64,000 nucleotides of DNA from Vicinamibacterales bacterium (lineage in GTDB: Bacteria > Acidobacteriota > Vicinamibacteria > Vicinamibacterales > UBA8438), in the NCBI GenBank assembly GCA_965229825.1, contig CBDDJQ010000013.1:1293883-1357882 (forward strand), given 5' to 3'. The notes under the pieces were generated by a model. The model saw only the letters and a list, made by a program, of their open reading frames with translations, was not told the origin of the DNA and made no database searches. Shown here piece after piece: positions 55,591-63,624 of the stretch. The translations under genes were made by a program, and so were the position numbers. Each line of letters begins with the position of its first letter. The first letter of the stretch is position 1.

Positions 55591-56348
55591 GTGGCCACCC
55601 GAAGCGCGTCGGTCTTGAACGCCAGCCCGAAGCCGCCGATCGCCGAGGCCGCCAACTCGCCCCGCACTACGGGCGCCACGGTCACGGTGATGCCGGACAC
55701 GGCGTACGAGCTGCAGGTGCGCGCGGTGAGCGCCGAAGGCGTCGGCGCCTATTCCGCGAGCCTTGACATTGATGTCGAACCGCTGTCGGCACCCCCGTCG
55801 GCACTCCGCAACCTGGTGGCGACCCCCGGCGAGCAGCAGGTGACGCTGAGCTGGTCGGCCCCGGAGAACGATGGTGGCGCCGACATTGATCGCTACGAGG
55901 TTCAGGTGGACACGGGCCAGTGGCGCGACGCAGGTACGGATCTGCAAGAAGTGGTGAGCGGCTTGACCAACGGCAGACCTACCAGTTTGGGGTCCGGGCG
56001 GTGAATGGGTCGGGCGAGGGGCCGGCGGCGACGGTTCAGGCAACCCCTGCCGTGGCGCCGTCGGCTCCCCGGAACCTGGCGGCGGAGCCGGGAGATGCAC
56101 AGGTGACGCTTGCATGGTCCGCGCCGCGTAGCGATGGCTGGTCGGCCATCCAGCGCTACGAGTATCGGATAGACGGTAGCGGCACGTGGACGGACGTGGG
56201 CTTCGTGTCTACGGTAGTAGTGGGCGACCAGGAGAACGGTCGAACCTATGCTCTCACATCGAGTATATCAAAGGCTGCGAAAACCACACTCGGCCACGAC
56301 CTCGATGTCGTCGTGCCCGGAGGCGTACTCCCGGGCGACCGCCGGTGA
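55591..56348 (+). pseudogene. internal fragment of a fibronectin type III repeat protein, frameshifted and truncated at both ends
   Basis: FN3-like units in two frames: PSALRNLVATPGEQQVTLSWSAPENDGGADIDRYEVQVDTGQWRD...GLTNG, then QTYQFGVRAVNGSGEGP...PSAPRNLAAEPGDAQVTLAWSAPRSDGWSAIQRYEYRIDGSGTW. Frame break near 55970-55980. No plausible N-terminus. FN3 similarity is lost after about 56250. Confidence 0.6.
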
Positions 56349-56405
56349 GAGCTCCTCGTCGTCAACCACGACGGCCCGGATCGGCCGGTTCGCCAGCGCG
56401 GTCAC
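56268..56405 (-). pseudogene. 5-prime fragment of a response-regulator gene (receiver-domain N-terminus only)
   Basis: VTALANRPIRAVVVDDEELSPAVAREYASGHDDIEVVAECG then FRSL-stop. This is the classic start of a receiver domain (IRxxxVDDE ... EVVxEC) but only about 45 codons long. The GTG start overlaps the upstream stop (GTGA at 56402-56405). Confidence 0.5.
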
Positions 56406-56851
56406 CGTCCGCCCCCGCGGGATTCCTCTCCCGCTCCGGCGGTTTCGACATCGCTTTCCATGAGGGTCCGGATGCCGATGGGCACCAGGATGACCGGCCA
56501 GAAATCCCGAAGGTCGACGTCGATCAGATTGAGGGCGTTGAGCAGCAGCAGCGCGCCCACGGCGGCCGGCAGCGTGCCGCTGACCGCCGACCCGCGATCC
56601 TGGGCGGCGATGAGGTTCTTGAGGCCGGCGACGAGCAGAATCAGCGGCCAGAACCGCAGGATAGTCCCGCTCTCGACGAGATCGAGGTTGTCGAGCAGGA
56701 ACACGAGGCCAACGGCCAGGAGCACCAGACCCGGCAGGGGCGGTTCGCGCGCTTCGCCGGGCGGCGGTCGACACGCTGCTCGCCGGCGCCGCCAAGGGTC
56801 AGGACGACCACGCCAAACCGCGTCGCGAACCTGCGCGAGAGATCCATGCAC
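56402..56851 (-). CDS. small membrane protein with LiaF-like/DUF5668-type transmembrane region
   Basis: GLVLLAVGLVFLLDNLDLVESGTILRFWPLILLVAGLKNLI...LPAAVGALLLLNALNLIDVDLRDFWPVILVPIGI. Start uncertain (GTG 56851 chosen; the track ORF starts at 56944; a further frame break cannot be excluded). Confidence 0.4.
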   Translation of the reverse strand: MHGSLAQVRDAVWRGRPDPWRRRRAACRPPPGEAREPPLPGLVLLAVGLVFLLDNLDLVESGTILRFWPLILLVAGLKNLIAAQDRGSAVSGTLPAAVGALLLLNALNLIDVDLRDFWPVILVPIGIRTLMESDVETAGAGEESRGGGR

Positions 56852-56992
56852 GACGGCTGCGGCGTTGCAGGGCCGCAATACCGGAAAACCCGTATGCGTC
56901 CCAGGGTTGATCCCGCCGTTCCAGCGGCATAACATCGTCGACAATCAACGGCGCAGAATCCGGGGCACGTGCCCAGAACCAAGGAGTGCAGC

Positions 56993-58858
56993 ATGAACCT
57001 GTCAACCAACTGGCGCGGCTGGATGTGGATTCCGCTCCTGTCACTGCTGTGCGTTCTCGGCGTACCGCAGGCCGCGGTCGCCCAGGAGGGTTCGGCGGGC
57101 GACCCGTCGTCGCAATGGGTCATGCCGAATGCCAACTATGCCGGCTGGAACTACAGCCCGCTCGATCAGATCAACGTCGACAACGCCGGGCAGCTCACGA
57201 TGGCGTGGACGATGCAGCTCGGCGTCCACGATTCGTACGAAGCCTCGCCGCTCGTGATCGGTGACACGATGTACATCGTCACCCCGGAGCCGAACTACGT
57301 CTACGCGCTCGACCTCGCCCGGGACGGCTTCATTAAGTGGGAGTTCCGGCCCGAGATCGCGGACTCGGAGCTGACCCGGAGGAGCGCCTGCTGCGGCGCG
57401 CAGACCCGCGGCCTGGGCTATGACGACGGCCGGATCTTCTTCGCCACCCTCGACGGACAGGTGTTCGCGCTCGACGCGGAGACCGGAGAGCAGATCTGGC
57501 AGGCCGAGAATGCGACCGTCGCGACGGGGGAAACGGTCCCCGGCATGCCGCTGGTGGTCGGCGACAAGGTCATCGTCGGCGTGGCCGGCGGCGAGCGCGG
57601 CGTCCGCGGTCATGTCACCGCCTACAACCTCGACGACGGCCGGTTCCGGTGGCGGTACTACAGCATGGGGCCGAACAACGAGGTGGGCATCGGGTCTCGC
57701 TTCGCCCCCTTCTATCCCGACGATCGCATTCCCAACCCGGCGCTCGACACCTGGTCCGGCGACTCGTGGCGGCGCGGCGGCGGCGCCGTCTGGGGCTGGT
57801 TCACGTACGACGCCGAGCTCAATCTCTTCTACTACGGCACGAGCAACTGCGCCCCCTGGAATCCGGACTACCGCCGGGAGTGGGGCGAAGTCGAGCTCGA
57901 CGAGGACGGGGGCCTGACCGGGTTCCGGAACAACTACTGCGCGTCGATCCTGGCCCGCGACGCCGACACCGGAGACCTGATCTGGGCCTACAACATGACC
58001 CCCCAGGATCAGTGGGACCTCGACGAGCCCAACGTGAACCTCCTCGTCGACCTCGAGATCGACGGCCAGCCGCGCAAGGCGCTGGTCCGCCCGGCGCGGA
58101 ACGGCTACTTCTACGTGTTCGATCGCGCGACGGGCGAGATGATCCTCGAGCCCTGGATGTTCGTCTACAACGACATCTTCGATGGCATCAACATGGAAAC
58201 CGGCCGTCCGCGCTACGACATGACGAAGATGATGTTCACCGACGTCGAGGATCGGCAGCGGTACCTGCCGGACGCCGAGAACGTCGCCATCGGCTGGTGT
58301 CCCGGCATCGCCGCCCGGAACTGGCAGAACGACGCGTTCTCCCCGCGCACCGGACTGGTGTACACCCCGACCTCGAACAGTTGCGATCGTCTGAGAATGG
58401 TCGAAGGCGAGTACGTGCCCGGGAACGACTACACGCTCCGTGAGCGCGGCGGCAATGCTCCGGACCCGCCCAACGCGGAGGTCGTCAACGAGCTGCAGGC
58501 CAACGACCCGGTGGCGGGCGAGACCGTCTGGCGGGTGCAGTGGACCACCGCCAACAACGCGCCGGTTATGGCCACCGGCGGGGACCTGCTCTTCCAGGGC
58601 GGCCCCAACGAGGGCGTGGTGCGGGCGATCGATGCCCGGACCGGGGACATCGTCTGGACGTTCCGGACCGGCAGCAACTTCCGGAACTCGCCGATCACCT
58701 ACCTCGGGCCGGACGGGCGGCAGTACGTCGCCGTCATCGGCAGCCAGCGCCCGGGGAGCGTGCAGATCACGCCGGACGCGGAGCCGGACGCGGTCGCCCG
58801 CTTCCGGCGGGCGGGCAGCGCGCTCTACGTGTTCGCGCTCCCTGCGGCTCGCGACTGA
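56993..58858 (+). CDS. PQQ-dependent dehydrogenase, methanol/ethanol family (quinoprotein alcohol dehydrogenase)
   Basis: 621 aa from ATG preceded by AAGGAG. Signal MNLSTNWRGWMWIPLLSLLCVLGVPQAAVAQ. NYAGWNYSPLDQIN, vicinal Cys pair SACCGAQTRG, GVAGGERGVRGHVTAYNLDDG, TPQDQWDLDEPN, RNGYFYVFDRATGE, SPITYLGPDGRQYVAV. Confidence 0.9.
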   Translation: MNLSTNWRGWMWIPLLSLLCVLGVPQAAVAQEGSAGDPSSQWVMPNANYAGWNYSPLDQINVDNAGQLTMAWTMQLGVHDSYEASPLVIGDTMYIVTPEPNYVYALDLARDGFIKWEFRPEIADSELTRRSACCGAQTRGLGYDDGRIFFATLDGQVFALDAETGEQIWQAENATVATGETVPGMPLVVGDKVIVGVAGGERGVRGHVTAYNLDDGRFRWRYYSMGPNNEVGIGSRFAPFYPDDRIPNPALDTWSGDSWRRGGGAVWGWFTYDAELNLFYYGTSNCAPWNPDYRREWGEVELDEDGGLTGFRNNYCASILARDADTGDLIWAYNMTPQDQWDLDEPNVNLLVDLEIDGQPRKALVRPARNGYFYVFDRATGEMILEPWMFVYNDIFDGINMETGRPRYDMTKMMFTDVEDRQRYLPDAENVAIGWCPGIAARNWQNDAFSPRTGLVYTPTSNSCDRLRMVEGEYVPGNDYTLRERGGNAPDPPNAEVVNELQANDPVAGETVWRVQWTTANNAPVMATGGDLLFQGGPNEGVVRAIDARTGDIVWTFRTGSNFRNSPITYLGPDGRQYVAVIGSQRPGSVQITPDAEPDAVARFRRAGSALYVFALPAARD

Positions 58859-58862
58859 GGAG

Positions 58863-58899
58863 CCAGGAGTCCGCGCCGTGGAACGGCGCGGACTCCTGG
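58863..58899 (+). terminator. perfect 16-bp stem, 5-nt loop hairpin 5 nt after the dehydrogenase stop (terminator candidate and REP-family member)
   Basis: CCAGGAGTCCGCGCCG-TGGAA-CGGCGCGGACTCCTGG, followed by GGTTGGTTG. A related copy lies at 43433-43495. Confidence 0.6.
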
Positions 58900-58977
58900 C
58901 GGGTTGGTTGAGCGACAAGCGGAGCCGCAGGCGACTTCCGGCCACGCGGGGGTTTCGCCACGGTTCCCGGACAGCCG

Positions 58978-61248
58978 ATGCCCAGACTCCTGGAAGGCCT
59001 CCCGGTTCCGGGGTGTTCGTCGCTCCGGAACCAGGCGCTGGCGCTGACCTGCGCCTGCCACTGCATTGTTGCGCTCGCTCCGTGCGTCGCCGCTTCCCAG
59101 CAGACCAGCGCGTCGGATCCGGTCAGATCGGCCGTCGTGACGCGGGTCACCGCGGAGATTGTCATCGACGGGTCGCTCGACGAGGCGGCGTGGCGGCAGG
59201 CGCCGACCATCGGCGACCTGGTCCAGAGAATCCCCGTGGCCGGCGCGGCGCCCACGGAGAGGACCGAGGTCAGGCTGCTCTACGACGAGGACAACCTCTA
59301 TATCGGCGTCCTGTGTCACGACGCCGAGCCCGACCGCGTGCTGGCGTCGCAGATGGCGCGCGACGCGAGCCTGAACGCCGACGACCGCCTCGCCATCGTG
59401 CTCGACACGTTCCGAGACCAGAGCAACGCATTCCACTTCGCGACCAATCCGGCCGGCGCCATGGTCGACGGCCTGGTGTTCGCCAACGGCGAGACGAATG
59501 ACGAGTGGGACGGCATCTGGATCGTGCGGACCGCGCGAACCGGCGCGGGGTGGAGCGCGGAGTTCGCCATCCCCTTCAAGACCCTGAGCTTCCCGGCGGG
59601 CGAGACCGTCTGGGGCTTCAACATCAGCCGGACGATTCAACGAAAGCTGGAGGAGAACCGCTGGACGGGGGCACGCTTCCAGACGCAGTTCTTCCAGATC
59701 TCCGAGGCGGGGCAGATCACGAATCTCGAAGGCCTGGCGCAGGGCGTCGGACTCGATGTCCGCCCCTTCATGGCGCGGCTCTGGCCGCGCCCGGACACCG
59801 GCGGCGATACGGTCGTCGGAAAGCCGGGACTGGACGTGTTCTACAACATCACCCCGAGCCTCAAGCTGTCCTTCACCGCGAACACCGACTTCGGCGAGAC
59901 GGAAGTGGATGCGCGGCAGATCAATCTCACGCGTTTCTCCATTTTCTTTCCCGAGAAACGGACGTTCTTCCTGCAGGATGCCGGCGTCTTCAACTTCGCC
60001 ACGACCGGCATCGATCCTCCGGGCGGCATTCCGGGCACCGGCGCCGAGATTTTCCCGTTCTTCAGCCGGAGAATCGGCCTGCTCGGCGGGCAGGAGGTGC
60101 CCATCGACTACGGCGCCAAGCTGACCGGGAGAGTCGGCAGGACCGAGGTCGGCATGCTCGACGTGCGTACCCGCGGCGTGGCGGACGCGGACGCCGGCAA
60201 CCTGCTGGTCGGGCGCCTCAAGCGGAACTTCCTGGAGCAGTCGTACGTGGGCGCCATTCTCACGAACGGCGACCCCGCGTCCGCGCTCTCGAGCAGCACC
60301 GTGGGCGTGGACCTGCGGCTGGCCACTTCCGATTTCCTGGGCGGCAATCGAAACATGGTGGTCAACGCCTTCGGCCTCAGGAGCAACAACGAAGGCGTCG
60401 CCGACAGGAACGCGTCCTACGGCTTCGGGGCGCATTATCCCAACGACAGGTTCGAGGCTCAGATTCTCTGGCGGGAGATTCAGGAGAACTTCGATCCGGC
60501 GATCGGCTTCGTTCAGCGCAGCAACGTGCGGATGCTCCGGGTCGCCGGCAGCTTCAACCCGCGCCCGAATCCGTCGACCGGCATTCAGCAGATGTACCAT
60601 GACGTGTTCTACACGCGCTTCACCCGGCTCGACAACGGACTGGTCGAGAGCTGGGACATCTATGCCACCCTGGTCGACTGGCACCTGAACTCCGGGGACT
60701 CCCTGCACAGCCTGTTCGACCTGAACCCGACCTACGAGCGCCTGTTCGAACCCTTCGAGATTTCCCCCGGCGTCGTGCTTCCCGTGGGCGAGTACCGCTT
60801 CATGCCCATGCGGATCTTCTTCACCTCGGCGCAGAAGCGGCGGGTCCAGGGCAGCATCGGCCTGACGTTCGGCAACTACTGGTCGGGCACCGCGCAGACG
60901 CTCCGGACGGGCATCAGCTACAAGCTCCCGCCCAACTTCCTGGTCAGCTTCAATGCCGACCAGACGTTCGCCAACCTGCCGGAAGACGATTTCATCGCCC
61001 GCATCTACAGCTCGGAGGTGAACTACGCGGTCTCGCCCTTCCTCACGTTCTCGAACCTGATTCAGTTCGACAACCGATCGGGGAATCTCGGCCTCCAGAG
61101 CCGCGTGCACTGGACCATAGAGCCGGGAAACGACCTCTTCTTCGTCTTCGGCCAGGGCTGGGTGCACGACCTCGAGCGGGGCTACCGCGCTTTCCGGAGG
61201 CAGGACTCGAGGCTGGCCACCAAGCTCCAATACACGTTCCGCTTCTGA
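58978..61248 (+). CDS. DUF5916-type outer-membrane protein with CBM9-like N-terminal domain
   Basis: 756 aa. IDGSLDEAAWRQAPTIGDLVQ, LLYDEDNLYIGVLCHD, DDRLAIVLDTFRDQSNAFHFATNPAGAMVDG and WSAEFAIPFKTLSF are typical of the carbohydrate-binding family 9-like domain. A long beta-rich C-terminal part ends in ...LQYTFRF. Confidence 0.8.
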   Translation: MPRLLEGLPVPGCSSLRNQALALTCACHCIVALAPCVAASQQTSASDPVRSAVVTRVTAEIVIDGSLDEAAWRQAPTIGDLVQRIPVAGAAPTERTEVRLLYDEDNLYIGVLCHDAEPDRVLASQMARDASLNADDRLAIVLDTFRDQSNAFHFATNPAGAMVDGLVFANGETNDEWDGIWIVRTARTGAGWSAEFAIPFKTLSFPAGETVWGFNISRTIQRKLEENRWTGARFQTQFFQISEAGQITNLEGLAQGVGLDVRPFMARLWPRPDTGGDTVVGKPGLDVFYNITPSLKLSFTANTDFGETEVDARQINLTRFSIFFPEKRTFFLQDAGVFNFATTGIDPPGGIPGTGAEIFPFFSRRIGLLGGQEVPIDYGAKLTGRVGRTEVGMLDVRTRGVADADAGNLLVGRLKRNFLEQSYVGAILTNGDPASALSSSTVGVDLRLATSDFLGGNRNMVVNAFGLRSNNEGVADRNASYGFGAHYPNDRFEAQILWREIQENFDPAIGFVQRSNVRMLRVAGSFNPRPNPSTGIQQMYHDVFYTRFTRLDNGLVESWDIYATLVDWHLNSGDSLHSLFDLNPTYERLFEPFEISPGVVLPVGEYRFMPMRIFFTSAQKRRVQGSIGLTFGNYWSGTAQTLRTGISYKLPPNFLVSFNADQTFANLPEDDFIARIYSSEVNYAVSPFLTFSNLIQFDNRSGNLGLQSRVHWTIEPGNDLFFVFGQGWVHDLERGYRAFRRQDSRLATKLQYTFRF

Positions 61249-61261
61249 GAGAGGTGCCCAC

Positions 61262-62518
61262 ATGGTCAGTCGACGCCGGTTCAACACTCTGCTCGCGGGG
61301 ACGGCCGGCTGGGTTGCCGCAGGCCCGCTCGGCACGGCCGCCGCGCAGTCGCAGTCGCGCGGCGCCATCTATGCCAGCGTGGGCGCCCGGCTCTACCGGA
61401 TTCGCGTCGACGGCGATTCCCTGGTGCGGGAACCGCGCCCGCTGATCCTTCCCGCGCAGGTGCAGGAGGGGTGGCAGCATCCGTCGGGCCGCTACTTCTA
61501 CATTGCCAGCAGCGACCAGCGCACCTCGACCGCCCGCGTGCGGCATCACTACCTGAACGCGTTCCATGTCGATTCGTCGGGGGATCTCCAACCGTTCGGC
61601 GGGGCCGTAGAGCTGCCGCACCGGCCGATCTACATCACCGTCGACCAGCGTGGCGAGTACTTGCTGTCGGCATACAGCTCTCCGAGCTCCCTCTCGGTGC
61701 ATCGGCTCAATGCCGACGGGTCGATCGGCGACGTGGTAGATCAGCGCGCGAGCCTGGACGCGGGTTTCTATGCGCACGCCGTGTACGTCATGCCCTCGAA
61801 CCGCGCGGTCCTCCTGCCGGCGCGCGGCAACGAGCCTGAGCCCGGCGTCCACACGGAGGATCCGGGCGGCCTCTACCTATACGGCTTCGAGAACGGCCAG
61901 TTGACCAACAAGCCGACGGTGGCGCCAAACGGGGGACTGGCGTACCGCGCGCGGCACGCCGACTTCCATCCGTCGGGTCGCTGGGTCTACGTCGATATCG
62001 AGACGCAGAACCTGCTGCACACCTACGCCATCCGAGCGGACGACACGCTTTCGGAGGAGCCCGTGTTCGTCAGCACGACGCTGGCCGCGCCGGAGGCCTA
62101 TCGCGGCGGGCAGACGACGTCGTCGATCCGCATGCATCCGACCAACGGCCGGACCCTGTACGTGGCGAACCGGGGCCGCGGAACGGGGATCTTTCAGGGC
62201 GAGCGGGTATCGAACGGCACCGAAAACACGATTGCGGTGTTCTCCGTTGATTCCGGTACCGGCGAGCCGACCCTGGTGCAGACGATCGACACCCACAGCA
62301 TTGCCGTCAGGACGATGGCGTTTCAACCGGACGGCCGGTCAATGGTCGCCGCGAGCCCGGAGCCAGGGCAAATTCGCGCCGGGGGGCGTCTGGAGACCGT
62401 GCCGGCCGCGCTGACGCTGTACGACATCGAAGCGGACGGCCGGCTGGGGTTCAGGTCCACCCTTCCGGTCGACACGCGGGGCGAGACGATGTTCTGGTGC
62501 GGGGTCGTCCGCTATTGA
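61262..62518 (+). CDS. lactonase-family seven-bladed beta-propeller protein with Tat-like signal
   Basis: 418 aa. MVSRRRFNTLLAGTAGWVAAGPLGTAAAQ. Blade motifs HPSGRYFYIASS, FHPSGRWVYVDIE, HPTNGRTLYVANRG, FQPDGRSMVAAS. Confidence 0.8.
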   Translation: MVSRRRFNTLLAGTAGWVAAGPLGTAAAQSQSRGAIYASVGARLYRIRVDGDSLVREPRPLILPAQVQEGWQHPSGRYFYIASSDQRTSTARVRHHYLNAFHVDSSGDLQPFGGAVELPHRPIYITVDQRGEYLLSAYSSPSSLSVHRLNADGSIGDVVDQRASLDAGFYAHAVYVMPSNRAVLLPARGNEPEPGVHTEDPGGLYLYGFENGQLTNKPTVAPNGGLAYRARHADFHPSGRWVYVDIETQNLLHTYAIRADDTLSEEPVFVSTTLAAPEAYRGGQTTSSIRMHPTNGRTLYVANRGRGTGIFQGERVSNGTENTIAVFSVDSGTGEPTLVQTIDTHSIAVRTMAFQPDGRSMVAASPEPGQIRAGGRLETVPAALTLYDIEADGRLGFRSTLPVDTRGETMFWCGVVRY

Positions 62519-62567
62519 ACTGGCTCGGCACGTCGTGAACAAGGGGAGCGGCAACGAGGGGGACACA

Positions 62568-63425
62568 ATGGTGGATCCGACCAGACGCACGATACTTAAA
62601 ACGGGCGCGGCGGCGACGGTTTTGGCCGCCACGCGGGTGTTTGCAGAGCAGACTGGCCAAGACGGAGCGGCCATGTCCTTCTACGAGAAGGGTCCCGTTC
62701 GCATCCGCTATGAGGAGGTCGGCTCCGGCTTCCCGCTGCTCATCATCGCCGGCGGGGGACTGAACTCGACGATCGCCGGTTTGGCCACTCATCCTTTCAA
62801 CCCGATGGAGGAGTTCAAGGGAGAGTACCGCTGCATTGCGGCGGACCTGCGCAACGCCAACCGCGGCCAATCTTCCGGTCCGCTCGAGATCGATCGGCCA
62901 TGGGATGGGCATACCGATGACCATCTCGGTGTGATGGATCACCTGGGCATCGACAAGTTCATGGTGCTCGGCTTTTGCATCGGCGGCCCTTTCATCTGGA
63001 ACCTGCTGCGGCGGGCCCCCACTCGTGTTGTCGCTGCCGTGCTGGCGCAGCCTAGCGGGTGGAGTGCGGAGACGCCCAATCTGTTCTACGACAACAACAT
63101 GAGGGGTTGGGGGCCAGAGCTCGTCGAGCGCCGGCCCGAGATCACGATGGACATGGTCGACAGGTTCTTGACCACGATGTACCGCACCAATGGGGACTTC
63201 GTCTTCACCGTGACACGAGACTTCGTGCGCGAGCTGCAGACGCCGATCCTGATCCTGCCGGACGATGTCCCGGCGCATCCGTACGCTGTCGCCATGGAGG
63301 CTGCGATGCTCGCGCCGCAGTCCGAAGTGAGCATGTTCCCGTGGAAGCAGCCCAAGGAACGGATTCCACTGGCAGTGCGCCAGATACGGTCCTTCCTCCG
63401 GGCGCATCAGCCAGCTTCCGCTTAG
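62568..63425 (+). CDS. alpha/beta hydrolase with Tat-like signal and a Cys in the nucleophile elbow
   Basis: ATG preceded by GAGGGGGA. MVDPTRRTILKTGAAATVLAATRVFA. GSGFPLLIIAGGG. Nucleophile elbow reads VLGFCIGGP (G-x-C-x-G, as in dienelactone hydrolases). The track ORF starts at GTG 62535. Confidence 0.75.
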   Translation: MVDPTRRTILKTGAAATVLAATRVFAEQTGQDGAAMSFYEKGPVRIRYEEVGSGFPLLIIAGGGLNSTIAGLATHPFNPMEEFKGEYRCIAADLRNANRGQSSGPLEIDRPWDGHTDDHLGVMDHLGIDKFMVLGFCIGGPFIWNLLRRAPTRVVAAVLAQPSGWSAETPNLFYDNNMRGWGPELVERRPEITMDMVDRFLTTMYRTNGDFVFTVTRDFVRELQTPILILPDDVPAHPYAVAMEAAMLAPQSEVSMFPWKQPKERIPLAVRQIRSFLRAHQPASA

Positions 63426-63624
63426 GCTTAGGAGTCCGTGGCGAACGCTTGGGCTGAAGAACAACCCATCTATTTTCAGTCGTTTGCAAAGTCGTCTCCA
63501 GTGGCCGTGTACATTTTCGTGCACAACCGGAACGGCTGTGCCTTGCGCCGCCCGTTCTCCTGCCTGTCGTCATTGAGGTGAGCCGGTTTCGGGCTCGTGT
63601 GCGCATTCTCCAGTGGAGGTGCAC

